Source of the DNA: Podarcis melisellensis
Taxonomy: Eukaryota
Reading direction: 5' to 3' (one strand)
Assembly: GCA_964234715.1 (NCBI GenBank)
Contig: OZ174281.1
DNA: 64,000 nucleotides
The notes beneath the pieces were generated by a model. That model was not told the origin of the DNA. It saw only the letters and a list, made by a program, of their open reading frames with translations, and made no database searches. The translations under genes and the position numbers were made by a program. This document shows positions 35,849-49,491 of this stretch, one piece after another. Position 1 is the first letter of the stretch; each line of letters opens with the position of its first letter.

Positions 35849-38800
35849 CAATACAAAACTGCAGAAGCCTTATTTTGGAATCCTAAATACTATACATTTT
35901 CTTCCATAACTCCTTCTATTCTTTATGGTATTATCAGGATATTTCAATTGACTGGTCATTTTGTTCAACACATTAATAGATATATAGCTCATAAAAGCCA
36001 GTTTTGTCCTTAAAAACCCCACAATAGGTACTTTTTCCTCAGGTGTTTTCAAGTTTACTCCCAGTCTTAGTTGTACCTGAATACTGAATATTATAGGCAT
36101 ATAACCAAGGATCTGGCAGGTGATTATACTATGATATATACAATCCAGCTCTGCTCATCTATGTATGCTGGTCTGTCATGAGCACCTTTCTACTCATTCT
36201 TCCCTCCCTTTCCCAACCATTTCCTTCTCCAACCCTATATTTTCTGAGCGCTTCAATTCTTTATTTGACTGTGTTTTTTGACCACAAAGCCAGCTCTCTC
36301 AATAGTGGCCTTCACATGCAGTTACATCTGTGTGATTTTTCCCCATGATATGACTTGCTTGGGGGCTGCCTATGATTGATAGAACCATGTTTGCATATTG
36401 TGTGTGCAAAATTCATGGACTTCCCTGTCCACGTGGTTTTGTCTTTCACAGGTAGCTCTTAGATGCAGGGGATTGCATCACAGAAAGTCTGCTTCCACAG
36501 GGCTGCTTGAAAAGCAATCATGCACCCTCTTTCCTCTCCATCTTTCTCTGCCTTCAGTAATCCCATGTGTCCAGCTTCTCTTTCTTCAGTTCCCATTTGA
36601 TAATTCCTCAGGCTCTTAGGCTGACTAACTTTAAGATGAGAAGTTTCCATTAAATCCAGTAAGTAGAACTGCAGAGCTTTTTTCAGTGAAAGCCAATAAT
36701 CAGAACAAGATTAATGGAACTAAAATGTCCAAGAACTAAGACTTGCACCCTTCCCATCATGAGGATAGCTATTCATTCTAGTACCATAATAATCTGAAAC
36801 TGGTGTTTTGAAACAAGAGCTGTATCGAGGGTATCAAGAAGGCGCTTTTGTTTTCACACCATTACATTCTGAGGTAGCAGATTTGAATTTTTTAAGTCTC
36901 CATTGAAGTGGGGAAACAATTTCAATAATCTATCCCAGATACTTCCAGTTTGCTGTTGTATTACATTATCTTCTTATGACTTTATCACTGACAGCTCTTC
37001 TTTTGGAGGCTTGGTTGTTCTCTGAAGTCAACTCAATTTGACTTTGGCCATCAACTCAGTCACTTCTTTGATTTATAGCTAACCAACAATATTCTCAAAT
37101 GAACATATCTCACATCATGGCCACTGGGAGGTGTGACTACAACTATCTGAAATCCCACCCGTGATTCCATAAGCACCCATATCTAGAAATGTGGTAACCC
37201 ATATCTAGAAATGTGGCTACATGTATTCAGATGGCCTCTATGAGGTATGCTTTTAAGTAGGCACCATGTAGAAGGTAAGATAATAAACACCAGTGTCTCT
37301 TCTGCTTCCTGCTGAAGTGGAGACCTGAAACATCAGAAACAGAAGCCTAGATGGATGCCATTTGAGTTGTGGTGAAAGCTGGCGAAGCACAAGAAAACCG
37401 AGTGACTCAGAAGTCTTCTAAATAGCATGCCTCTTGCTTAGGAGCTGCTTTCCTCCAAACAGTCTCTATGCAGCTGGGGCGTAATGAGTGAGCTGATCAC
37501 GCAGGTCCTACCCACATAAACTGAACACGCTCCTCTTGCATAAACTCAACCTACATGGCTTCTCACTTAGATCCCAACTGCATAGGGTCTACTCATAGAA
37601 AGCAGTTCCCTCATGGCTAATAATAGCTAATAATACTTGGATCATGACTGGATGCAGAAAGGGGACATTTTTAACAAAACAATTTTCAATAGAGATAAAT
37701 TTAAATCTCTGTGTTAGGTAGGAAGAATCAGGTGCACAAATCTAGGATGGGTGATACCTGGCTTGACAGTTGTACATGTGAAAAGGAACTAGGGCTTTAG
37801 TAGACCACAAGGTAAATATGAGCCAGCAGTGCGACACAACAGCTAAAAAGGCTAATGCAGTTCTAGTTCACATCAACATAAATACTGTGTCCAGTTTGTG
37901 AGAAGTAATGGTATATTTATATCCTGCTTTGGTCAGACAACCTCACCCAGAGTACTGTGCCCATTTCCATGCACCACAGTTTAAGAAGAATATTGTCAAA
38001 CTAATGTGTCCAAAAAGGGGAAACAAAAAAAGAATTCAAATTGCAAGAAAAAGTATTTAGACTATTAGGAAGAACCTTTTGCAGGCATGAGCTGCTTGAA
38101 AGTGGATCAGACTGCATCCATTAAGTTGTGTACTCTTCTTCATTAGAAGTTCTAAACAGAGATTATCAGCAATGGTGAATTTCCTGCATTGGCAGATGGT
38201 TGGACTAGATGATTACTGAGGTCACTTTCAACTCTATAATTCTAATATTTGAAGTGAGAACACGTGTCTCCACTATGATAAAATGCAAGAATTTCACCTG
38301 CTAGAATCACCCATCATTCCATGATCCTTGTGCCTAGCCCTGCTTTGCATATTATACAGGAAGGAATAAATGTCACTCACACCTCTGTTTCCCTTTGTTT
38401 CGAACATGTGGTGCTCCCCTCAAACCACCCTAGAATTTGGAGTGATAGTATTGCAGCAGCAGTAAATAAATTGTCTTCTTTTTTATCATTTGCCCCCAAA
38501 TATATAAAGAAGAATTTGGCAGAGTTCTTTTGGAAGAATAAATCTGGATTCTGTACACTATGGTAATTTACCTCAGACTTTGCAGATAAAATAATAGTCA
38601 CTTCAACAATCCTGCCATGGAGTCAGTATGGATTTTTTTTTAAAAAAAAAGTCTATATTTGGGATACAGTCAAGAATATCCAGCTTCAAGGAAGGATTAA
38701 TGCCTATTGGAATAAAAAGTCCTGCAACAGGCAGTGAAATTCCATCAGGAAGGAGGCCCAGAGGACTTTCCAGGGCAGGGAGTTCCACGTCCCTTCCATG

Positions 38801-40103
38801 AATACCTGCCAAATATATCTCAGATATATGTCCCCTGTGGCAGGGAGGCACATGGCAGCATGTCCACCAGAAGTATTGTAGTTTCCCCATCTAGGCAAAA
38901 ATATAAATTCAGGTGGTCAGGGAACCAGTACAGCTTCACGCCATTTTATAAAGCCTCATTCCCAAGGCCTGCTCATTTCTCCTCAGCAAGGAAGTGGGGG
39001 AGGTGGTTCTGCCAGGCTGAAGGCCTGCTCTTCACCTTTCCTCACTCTAGTTGCTGCCACCTCAGAAACCTGACAGTTTGCCTGCTATGCAATTACACCA
39101 GGCGCCATCGGTCTTTCTGGACCAGTGGGCACATTTTTAATTCTGAGAGAGTGCTGTGGGTGCAAGTCACAAAATGGCTGCCATGGGTGCATGGCATAAT
39201 ACAAAATGGCTGCTGTGGGGAGCACGGCATACCACAAAATTAGAGTGAGCACAGTCATGGTGAAACTTTTCCCATAATTGTATTTCCATACTAGGAAAGG
39301 CTCAACCTCTTGAATTTTTGTCTGCCATACATCTGTTAAAGGCACAAGAACCTGTTTTCCCCCAATGCCAACCCTAAACCAAAGCCTCATCTGCCATCCT
39401 GTTTCCATTAAGCACGTCTGAGTAGGTATGTATACCATTATACTGTAAGTTAACTATACAGTGAATTCTTAATGATTGGCAGGTCTTTAGCTCTTTCACA
39501 GCATAAGATATGTCTAAGCCTCTTTGCAAAGTGTTCACATTTGCCTTTGGGTGAGTTTTTAACATCCATCCACATTTACTGTGTAGTAATATCTAGAGAA
39601 AATAACTTCTAGGGATTACTTCATCTCAGACAAACACACCACAGGAACGACGCATCCCAGTTTTTAGGAACAAACAGCTCATATTCATGGCATTTAAGAA
39701 CTTTTTAAAAATCATATAATCAGGACTGTGCCCTCCAGCATTGCATATATACTGGAGTTTTTAATTTTTTTTAGCAAGGTTTAATATGAGGCCTAGTAAG
39801 GGATTGAAGGTGCTTGCTTAATTGTGAGTGCAGTAGAAAAAGTACCGGTATTCAGAAAAGATAAAATTTTCCTCAGAAGAATGGGGGAGGAGCGCTGCCA
39901 GCACTTCTAAAACATAAAGCTGCCACAGATAAACACAGGAGATCAAAAAGAGTGAATGTGCATTTTCTGGAAGAGGCTCAACAGCAGAGATTAAGGTTTA
40001 TCTGTCAGAAGATAATTAATTACCATATTTAGTGACAAGAAAGTTCTGGTATATTTTCTCCAGGAATAGTTTTGTATGTAGCAAAAAGCCAAGCAGTGCT
40101 TGG

Positions 40104-40284
40104 CAAGGCCGGCCCAGTACATTTTGGCACCTGAGACAGACCCCAGAATGGCACCCCCTCCCCACCAGGGAAGATGGGGTGAGTGAAGATCTACGTCAGG
40201 AACTGACATCAGGATCTGCTGCCCTGAAGGACTCTGCCGCCTAAGGTGGTCACCACACCTTCCCTCATGGGTGGGCCGGCCCTG
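40104..40284. mobile_element. hAT-type MITE (duplicate of 32190..32370)
   Basis: Termini CAAGGCCGGCCC / GGGCCGGCCCTG; 8-bp TSD GTGCTTGG. Confidence 0.85.
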
Positions 40285-40935
40285 GTGCTTGGCCTTTCAA
40301 AGCCATTACAAGAAACAGCTCTGTCTCTGCCAAGTCTTATGTGAGAGTCTTTCCTATCCACACACCTCCCTGTCTTTGATCTTATCCTTTTAGAGGTTTG
40401 GAAAGTGGTAGAGGCACTCATGGTCCATAATACAGATGATTCACTTTAATCCTTGCATATGGGAGTGTTTTCTTCTGCCAGTTTACATCTTTGATTTTCC
40501 TTCTGCCCTACCCATCCCGGCAGAGAACATGAGAATCCACATGACATTTACTAATGGAAAAGCCAGAAGATTCAGCCTAAAACTAATTGCACAAATGCAC
40601 TAAATAATCTATCTTAGTTAATATTCAGTTAGTATGTTATTTTCATTTTTCTCGATTCAGCAGATGCTAGAATATCAGTCAAACAAGTGTATAAGTATAA
40701 CGCATGATTATTCTTACTATGCACACGTTAATACAGTATATACTTGGCAATGAGGATCAGAGAGTCATTTTACTGCTGGGCAATATAACAGCAAAGATAA
40801 GAAATGTAATTGAGTAAAATAATTTGTCTGTGTTATAGCATGAAACACAAATACTGAAAAAACAACTGTGGTGTTACTAATAAATATCAAATAAAATGGT
40901 ATGTATAATAATAACCTCCAGTATTGTTTGCTCAC

Positions 40936-43338
40936 CTGGACTATGATTAAGCCTTCATTGTTCAAGTTTAAATCTTCACCAGGTAGGATAGGATCCTTTG
41001 CCTCACAAGCTTCTTTATTGTTCAGAGTATTGGAATAATTTGCCTTCCTAGAGTCTGTAGTGAGAGAAACCTCCTGGCAGTAGGAGTGCAGAAATGCTCG
41101 GACTCCATCAATCCCCACAAACTGTGAGATGGGAGCGCCACTGAAATTCACACTCCCCGTCTCAAGCAGCTGAGGATTTCTCCATCTGTGCAACTTGATG
41201 GCCAGTAACACGAAGAGGAAGATAAAGAACAAGCAGGAGACAAAAGCCACTGCAAGGACCAGGTAGAAGGTGAGGTCAGACGGAGGCTCTACAGGAGCTG
41301 AGATGCTGCTCAGGTCTGAGAGGATTGCAGGGATGGTGTCAGCCAGCACCACAGTCAGAGTGGCTGAAGCAGAGAGAGGTGGCTGCCCATTGTCCTTCAC
41401 TAAAACCACCAGGCTTTGCTTGAGGGCATCTTTCTCCAGAAAGAAGCGGGCCGTCCTGATCTCTCCCGTGTGGAGCCCCAGAGTGAAGAGCCCTGGCTCG
41501 GTGGCCTTGATCAGCTGGTAGGAGAGCCAGGCATTCTGGCCAGAGTCCGCATCCACGGCCACCACCTTAGTGACCAGGTAGCCTGGCTCAGAGGAGCGAG
41601 GGGCCAGCTCTATCCCTGTGGAGCCGTCAGTGGGAGGGGAAGGGTAAAGGATTTGGGGAGCATTGTCATTCTGGTCCAGGATGAAGAGAGTCACCGAGAC
41701 GTTGGAGCTGAGTGATGGAGAGCCTCCGTCCTGGGCCTTTACATGGAACCGAATGTCTCGAAACTCTTCATAATCAAAGGAGGTCAGAGCATATATAACC
41801 CCCGTCTCAGAGTTAATGGAGAGGTAGGAGGAGAGGCGGGAGTCACCTCTTTGGTCATCAGTGATGGAATATGTTATTCTGGAATTCTCTTCCCAGTCTG
41901 GATCACTTGCTCTTAAGGAAGAGACCATGGCTCCTCTTTGGTTATTCTCAACAAAATAGAAAGTATAGTCTGTTTTTTCAAAGAGGGGTGGGTTGTCATT
42001 TGTGTCTAAAACATGAAGTGTGATAACTGTGACTGCAGAAAGATGGGGGACTCCATGGTCAGTAACAGTGACAGTAATATTGAAGACCGACACCTGTTCC
42101 CTGTCAAGGGCACCATCAGTCACCAAACTGTAAAAGTTATCCATGGACTTCTTTAGCTGAAAAGGGAGGTTGCTAGGGATTGAACATGTGATTTCCCCAT
42201 TGATTCCTGAATCTCGGTCTTGGACATTTAAAATGGCAATTACCGTTTGGGATGGTGAACTTTCAAGTATGGTGTTGGTGGCAAAGTTAACTGATAATTC
42301 AGGTGCATTGTCATTCAGATCTGTAACAGATATCACAACTTTTGATCTGTCACTCAGGCCTCCTCCATCTTTGGCTTGTATCTCAAATGCATATAAAGAT
42401 GATTCCTCATAATCAAGATTCCCAATAAGGATGATTTCACCTGTTGTGGAATTTAAGACAAACATTTGGGAGTCTCTCTTTGTGATTTTTTGGAAAAAGT
42501 ATTTAATGTCTCCGTTGATTCCTTCATCCAGATCAGTCGCTCTCGCTGTCAAAAGTATGGACCCCTTGGGAATATTCTCATTGATACTCACTTCATAGAG
42601 AGGTTGGCTGAAAACTGGTGCATTGTCATTTGCATCAAGGACAACAATGTGGATTTGTAATGTGCCAGACCTGATAGGATCACCTCCATCAGTAGCTGTG
42701 AGAAGCAAATCGTAAGCTGATTGTTCCTCTCTGTCCAGTGACTTTTCCAACACAAGTTCAGCAAGTCTGGCACCATTTTCTTCTGTTTGCACATGCAAAG
42801 CAAAATGGCTACTGCCTGAGAGTTGGTAGGTCTGCACCGAATTTATCCCCCAATCTGGATCTTGAGCTTCGGGAAGAGGAACCTGGAATCCAGGTGTAGA
42901 TGCCTCACTGATTTCCAGCTCCTGTTCCCATAGAGGGAAGTGGGGAGCATTATCATTTATATCTGTAATTTCCACTTCAATTCCATAAAGCTTCAGTTTG
43001 CTTTCAACAAGAACCTGAAACTTCAACAAACATTTCTCTGCCTCTCTGCAGATTTCCTCTCTATCTATTCTCTCAGATATCTGCAAATGGCCATTGTTGG
43101 CATTCAAAGAAAAGTATTGAATCATACCTACAGGGTAAACAATGCGCAGTCCATGGTTTGGGAGCAGCTTGCCATCCATTCCCAGGTCCTTTGCAACATT
43201 CCCCACGGAAGAGCCTTTGTGCATCTCTTCTGGAATGGAGTAGTGGATCTGCCCAGAAACTGCCTTCCAAGAAAACATCATGAAAAGGCACTGGAAGATT
43301 CCCTTTCTGCAATTCCACAGCCTCTGAATTCCTTCCAT
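40936..43338 (-). CDS. PCDHGA: Protocadherin gamma variable exon E7, gammaA-like sub-type Aa (801 codons)
   Basis: ORF 40765..43338; N-terminal part close to E3; donor CAG|GTGAGC at 40936/40935. Confidence 0.93.
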
Positions 43339-43525
43339 CCTTGCAGCAGGTTAAAGGCCCTTAGATTCTGGTTCAAAAGATGCTGTATCCAATTTTTTTC
43401 TAAGGAAAATGCACTTCCATTTCTTCTTTGCACTGAGAAGCAGCTTGTTCCTTCAGATATTTTGCGTTTGTGTTTAACGGAAAGGCAACTTCAAATGGGC
43501 AGGATTTCACATTTCTGCACCGTTC

Positions 43526-43550
43526 TGGTGAACAGTGACACCCAGAGGCT
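43526..43550 (-). promoter_or_regulatory. CSE promoter element of E7 (CACT variant)
   Basis: + strand tggtgaacAGTGacacccagaggct. Confidence 0.8.
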
Positions 43551-45233
43551 CAAGCCCAAACTGCAAAAACTTCACTTTTGAAAATTAAATAAACACCATT
43601 TCACTGTACTATTATATTATAATATTATAAATATTATAAATGAAGATATAGCTAGGATAACTATGTATATTTTTCTATATTCTTTATGTTTTTCCTTCAA
43701 ATTTACCCACTAAGGATAAAGAAGAGTGACAACGTTTGTTGTTGTAAACAAACTGAAATGGAGCAGGAAAGACAAGTGTGTTTAGGGTTCTTGCCCTACC
43801 CCATTACTGGAAATTCTGGAATGAATTGAATTCTGAAATATGGAACTTTCTCAGCAATGTTCTTTGCTGGATATTCAAAAGATTCATTTTGGATGCAGAA
43901 AAAAGAATAGTAAGCCTCTGGTACTTCTTATTTTCTTGGTGTCAGTGTAATGTTTGTAGTTGTAAAGTGAGGAAACTGATATGCTGACACACAGTTCTTT
44001 CCTGCTGTTTTCATGGGGAAACAGAAGCATCCATGTGCAGAAAGGCTGACAGAGTTGCGGTATTAGCCAATGACATTCATTGTTGTGTGATACCAAATAC
44101 ACTGGTGTGCATGAAATTCAGCAGAACTTGCTGGTATATCAGTCAAAAACCACAGTTCCTTAGCAGAGCAGGTACCACAGTGAAAAGAACTGGACAGAAA
44201 TGCTGCCATTAAATGGAGAGAAAATAACTAATACAATATTCCCCACAAATTTGAATGCAGCCTCTCCCCCTACCCCAATATCACAACATTGATCTACTTT
44301 TCTGGATTATTGTAAGAGTCACACAGCACTATATGTGAAGCGCCTTGAACACTCTAACACTAGGTATTACTGCACAGAGCAAAGAAGTAAAATGGCCACA
44401 TTCTCTGTAATTTATTGCCACTGCTTATCTGGAAAGGGCTGGGCTTCAGCCACGGCAAGGTTAGGGCCATGCAGGTGCACCAGCAGGAATGCTAGATTGG
44501 TTGCTGACAGAAGCATACAGACCCAGCCACACCGCTGCCTCATCCACAGCTCCAGCTTATCACAAACATCACTACTGTGGATGGATAACATTCAATGGTA
44601 GCTTAGAAGCACACATGTGAAAACTGGATGTCAAACTCAGAAGAGAGCTTTATTAAAAGGGCTTGTTAAACAGCAGAGGTAGGTGGTTTTCAGCCATCTT
44701 CGTTGGAGAGCTTATAGAATCATAGAATCATAGAGTTGTTGTGCTTCTTGTTCTACAAGATTAAACTGCTAAAACTCAATTTGGCCATTAGCAGGAGGGA
44801 CAAGACACTGAATTATCCACTAGATAATGCCAACAAATGTTATTTTAACATTAGTCTTCATCTTTCTTAATGGAATATACACTGGTGGTGAACATGACCC
44901 AGCTTTAAAGTACAGCAATTACAGGATGTGCAGATGTATGTCTTGGCCAGATTGACTCTCCATAAGAAAACATTCCATGCCAAAGAGTTAAAAGGGCATC
45001 TACCATTGGTAGCTGTCAGTCAATAGTCATTTGTCCCCTATATTTCTAGAGTATGGAAGCATGACTGGAGATGGTATAAGTAGAAATACTAACCACACGC
45101 TCCACATCCACACATCCTTACATACAAAGTGTTCACTACAACTGTTACAATTTGTCATAATCTCTAATGCAAATGCCAAGGAAAGGAATGCCAGTACTTT
45201 GGGATTGCATCCACACTGGACATCAGTAATATA

Positions 45234-45458
45234 CAGTGGTACCTCAGGTTAAGTACTTAATTCGTTCCGGAGGTCCGTTCTTAACCTGAAGCACCACTTT
45301 AGCTAATGGGGCCTCCTGCTGCTGCCACGCCACTGGAGCCCGATTTCTGTTCTTATCCTGAAGCAAAGTTCTAAACCTGAAGCACTGTTTCTGGGTTAGC
45401 GGAGTGTGTAACCTGAAGCGTATGTAACCTGAAGCGTATGTAACCCGAGGTATTACTG
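45234..45458. mobile_element. Tc1/mariner(pogo)-type MITE, third copy
   Basis: TA-CAGTGGTACCTCAGGTT...AACCCGAGGTATTACTG-TA. Confidence 0.88.
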
Positions 45459-46518
45459 TATAAGAGAATACAGGACCTGGCCAGAGCCGGGGGGGGGGGC
45501 AGGGGATAGTTTCGGGTTCATGATACGGTCATGTTTGGTTTAGGGTATTTGTCAATTCAGGGACCATTTCCAGTATATACATATCTTGGAAGCGGGGGGA
45601 TATGTGCATATTATTTAATTTTTTATTTAAAATAATTCTATAGTCCCCACCACCACTACCCCCCGCACAAAGAGTGGTATACAACATCTCTAGAAATCAT
45701 GCCAAGAGAAACTCCCTTTTGATGTCACTCTTTTACACAGGTTGTACATGAGCATTTTTCATTCTACAAACAGCATGCAGTCACAGGACCTAAGAAATGC
45801 TTGTACAACTGATAGCTTCCATCAGAGCTCCACCACTTAATATGTTGTGCTATTCTCATCAGACCCAGATCCCAAGCTGTCTCTGTGACAGGAACACAAT
45901 ATCCAAATGCTATGTAAGATTATTTGTATATATGAGAACCAAATCAAGTTATTCTAAAACGTTTAATGATTAATTAATCCTTCACTCTCATTAAATAATC
46001 CAACCCATAAAAAGCTCCACAAACACTTCCTAAAATTCAGTTGAAAACTTTACCAATTACTAAGAAATTTACCAACTTATTTAAAGAATATTCTATGAAA
46101 GACTTTTTGGTATTTCTTCTTGTAAATTTTTTAAAGGACAGAATGTGAAAATAGCTACATATTCAATTGCATTTGTACTGCAAAGATAATAATAATAAGA
46201 AAATATCATTCTCTCCACTCAGCCATGCTGCACCACTCTGTGATCTTAGCACGACACCGAGTTACCATGCAGATGTGTACCTGGACAATTCTGACAGAGC
46301 CTCCGCCACCCTGCTATGCTGCCCCTCAATAGCTGCTGGAAGGTCCAATTAGTTTGTTCTACAGCAGTAGCAGCTCAATACTACTCACTACCTACTTCCC
46401 TGATGACATGGTCTGAATTCTCTGGGGTGCCAGTTTGATAACATCCACTGTTTACAATTAAACTCTCAAACAAGTGATAACACCAAATTCCCTATAAGGA
46501 ACATGCAATATAACTCAC

Positions 46519-48948
46519 CGTGCTGTCATTTTCCTTTTCAGAAATTAAATTACCTCCACTGACCATCAAAGAAATGTCAGAGTTGCCATTGCAAAGGATG
46601 TTCTCTGCTATTTGGACAGTCGGCTGCAGGAATGTCAGCTCATTTCTCCGGGATTCAGAGGACAGACAGACCTGGTAGGAATAAGGCAAAGTTCCGTCCT
46701 CATAATTGGGTGGGAATATGGCACCAGCCTTTGAATGAGGGTCAGGAACAAAGCACTGAAGGAAAGTGGGGTTCCTTGAGCTTCGAAGCTTCATCAGAAT
46801 GGTCAGAATCACCGTCACCAGGAACAGGAAGGACACCAAGGTCAAGGCCAATACCAAATAAAACTGTAGATCAGACTGATATTCTGAGTCATTTGGTTGG
46901 GAGTTCATTTCTGGAAGAGCCTCCTGGAAGTTCTCAGCAAACACCAGGCTCAAAGTTGTGGTGGCTGAGAGAGGAGGATGCCCATTGTCCTTCACCAGGA
47001 TGACCAGCCTCTGCTTCACAGCATCTCTCTCAAGTAATGCTCGGACTGTTTGCACCTCTCCTGTGTGGGAGCCAATGCTGAAGAGTGAGGGCTCTGTGGC
47101 CTGCAGGAGATGGAAGGAGAGCCAGGCATTGTGTCCCGAATCAGAGTCCACGGCCACCACCTTTGTCACCAGATAACCCGACTCAGCTGACCGAGGCACC
47201 ATCTCAAAGAAAGGTGAGCCCTCTGTTGATTGTGAGGGGTACAGGATCTGCGGAGCGTTATCATTTCGATCCAAAACACATACTGTCACTGTGGCACTGC
47301 TATTGAGTGGTGGAGAACCTCCATCTTGGGCCTTCACTTGAATCTGAAACTCCCTGAATTGCTCATAGTCAAAGGAGCGCTGGGCATAGATGATCCCGGT
47401 CTCAGAGTTAATGGAGACATAGGAGGAGAGAGGCAGGTCCTTGATGTTGCTGTTAAGGATGGAGTAAGTGATTCTGGCATTGCGATCCAGATCTGGGTCA
47501 GAGGCCTTGATGTGGAAAATTGAAGCTCCAGATGGGTTGTTCTCTGGAACGTAGGCAGTGTAGGAAGATTTGTCAAAGGCTGGTGGGTTATCATTGATAT
47601 CTGAGATCTGTATTGATATGGTTTTGTGTGTGGAGAGTGGAGGTGTGCCTTTGTCTGTGGCTGTGATTGTAATATTATACTCGGGAGTCCTTTCTCTGTC
47701 AAGGGCACCATCTATGAGGAGCTTGAAGTAATTACTCGAAGATGAGACTATCAGAAAAGGTACAAGTTCTTTCAGGTGACAGGTGACTTCTCCATTCTCC
47801 CCAGAATCCCTGTCCTGAACTTTAATGAGAGCAATCACAGCTCCAGATGTGACATCTTCTGGAACTGGGCTGGACACGGATGTAAGGATCACATCTGGAG
47901 CATTGTCATTCTCATCAAGAACCTCAATCTCCACATTGCAATGTGCCACCAATCCTCCTCCATCACTTGCCTGAATTATCATCACATATTTTTGTCTGTC
48001 CTCAAAATCAACACTTTCTATAAGTGTAATTGTTCCTTCTCTGGGATCCAGATGAAACCTCTGCTCAGCTGTTTCTGCGATGTCACTGAAAGTATAAGTG
48101 ATCTCAGCATTTGACCCTTCATCACTGTCAGATGCTTTGACTTGAAGCACAGAGGTTCCTTTGGGTGCACTCTCCTTCAGGCTTACTTTATATGTTGTCT
48201 GGGTGAAAACAGGGGCATTGTCATTAATATCAATAACTGTTACCAATATGTTGGCTGTTCCGGTTTTTGGAGGTTCTCCACCATCCATGGCTGTAAGGAC
48301 CATGTGGTGCGTGTGTTCCTTTTCCCTGTCCAGTTGTTTCTGCAATACTAATTCTGCATATTTGCCGCCATCATTGCTATTTTGAATTTCCAACTTGAAA
48401 TATGGAGTTGAGCTCAATCGATAATTCTGCAGGGAATTTGTTCCAATATCCTTATCTTCAGCATTTCCTAGAGCAAATCGAGTTCCTGGCAGAGTAGACT
48501 CACTCAATTTAAGCTCAATATTTTCATTCCGGAAATGTGGGGCATTGTCATTAATGTCCTGGATAAAAATATTTATGTGGAAAATATTCAAAGGATTGTG
48601 TGCCACAACTTCCAGTTCGAGGATACAAGTGGATGATTCCCCACAAATCTCTTCCCGGTCTATCCTCTCATTCACATACAGGTTGCCATTTTGTTCATTC
48701 AGATCAAAGAATTGCTTTTCTGAAGAAATACCAAGCTTGCGCTTTGACAGCTCTCTGAGATCTAACCCCAGATCTTTAGCAAGGTTCCCCACAAAGGAGC
48801 CCTGCTCTGCTTCCTCTGGAACTGAATACTGAACCTGCTCAGACCCCACCTGGCAGAAGAACACAGACCAAAATATGAATAGAAACAGTACTTGCCTCCT
48901 GATGATCTTCCTTGTTCTCTCTGCCTGCTTTACTTCCATCACATCCAT
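46519..48948 (-). CDS. PCDHGB: Protocadherin gamma variable exon E8, gammaB-like (810 codons)
   Basis: ORF 46492..48948; donor ACG|GTGAGT at 46519/46518. Confidence 0.93.
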
Positions 48949-49148
48949 TGCCTTTCCTGATTTCTTCCTGCTTTCAGTACAGTTTTCAAGACTCCCAGTA
49001 TACTTATTTGAGATAACAGAAACTGAGAGCCTCCCTTTCTTGAGCAGCTTTTAAAATAAAAGCTTTTCCTTTCTGCTCGGCTGAAATGTTAAGAGAGCGA
49101 GACTACTCCAAGAGTCTCAGAAATGCTGAGCCATGGCTGCTCCCATGT

Positions 49149-49171
49149 TGTCCAACAGTGACACTCAGAGT
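49149..49171 (-). promoter_or_regulatory. CSE promoter element of E8 (CACT variant)
   Basis: + strand tgtccaacAGTGacactcagag. Confidence 0.8.
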
Positions 49172-49491
49172 CCACATGGGGAACTGAATTTGCTTATATT
49201 CATGTTTATAATTCTATATTCCTATTTCCCCCTGATATCTATGGAAAATTGTGAATGACTAAAAATTCTTTCACTGGTTGTCCAAATGTACTTTAGTATC
49301 ACTTGATTAGAAGTCACATAAGCTTAATTCAGATTTGTTTTTCATTGCATACAAACTGTTATTTTAATATTTTTATTGCTTTTCCTGGTAGATGATAATG
49401 ACACTTTAGGGTTTTTTTGATGGAGCATAAACACAAGCAGTTGCCAGCAGAAGAAAACCATGCAATAATTCAGGAAGCCTACATCCCTGCC

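Larger units (their letters stand above)
33189..40935. repeat. ~8 kb tandem duplication unit 2 (E6 + upstream intergenic DNA)
   Basis: Collinear with unit 1; the same intergenic ORF shadows recur (30860..31369 vs 38734..39243). Confidence 0.92.

Noticed and set aside
25225-40935. Tandem units as falsely duplicated haplotypes
   Set aside because: Units differ by many substitutions, indels and a MITE with a clean empty site, which is more than expected for alleles; long-read confirmation is still desirable.
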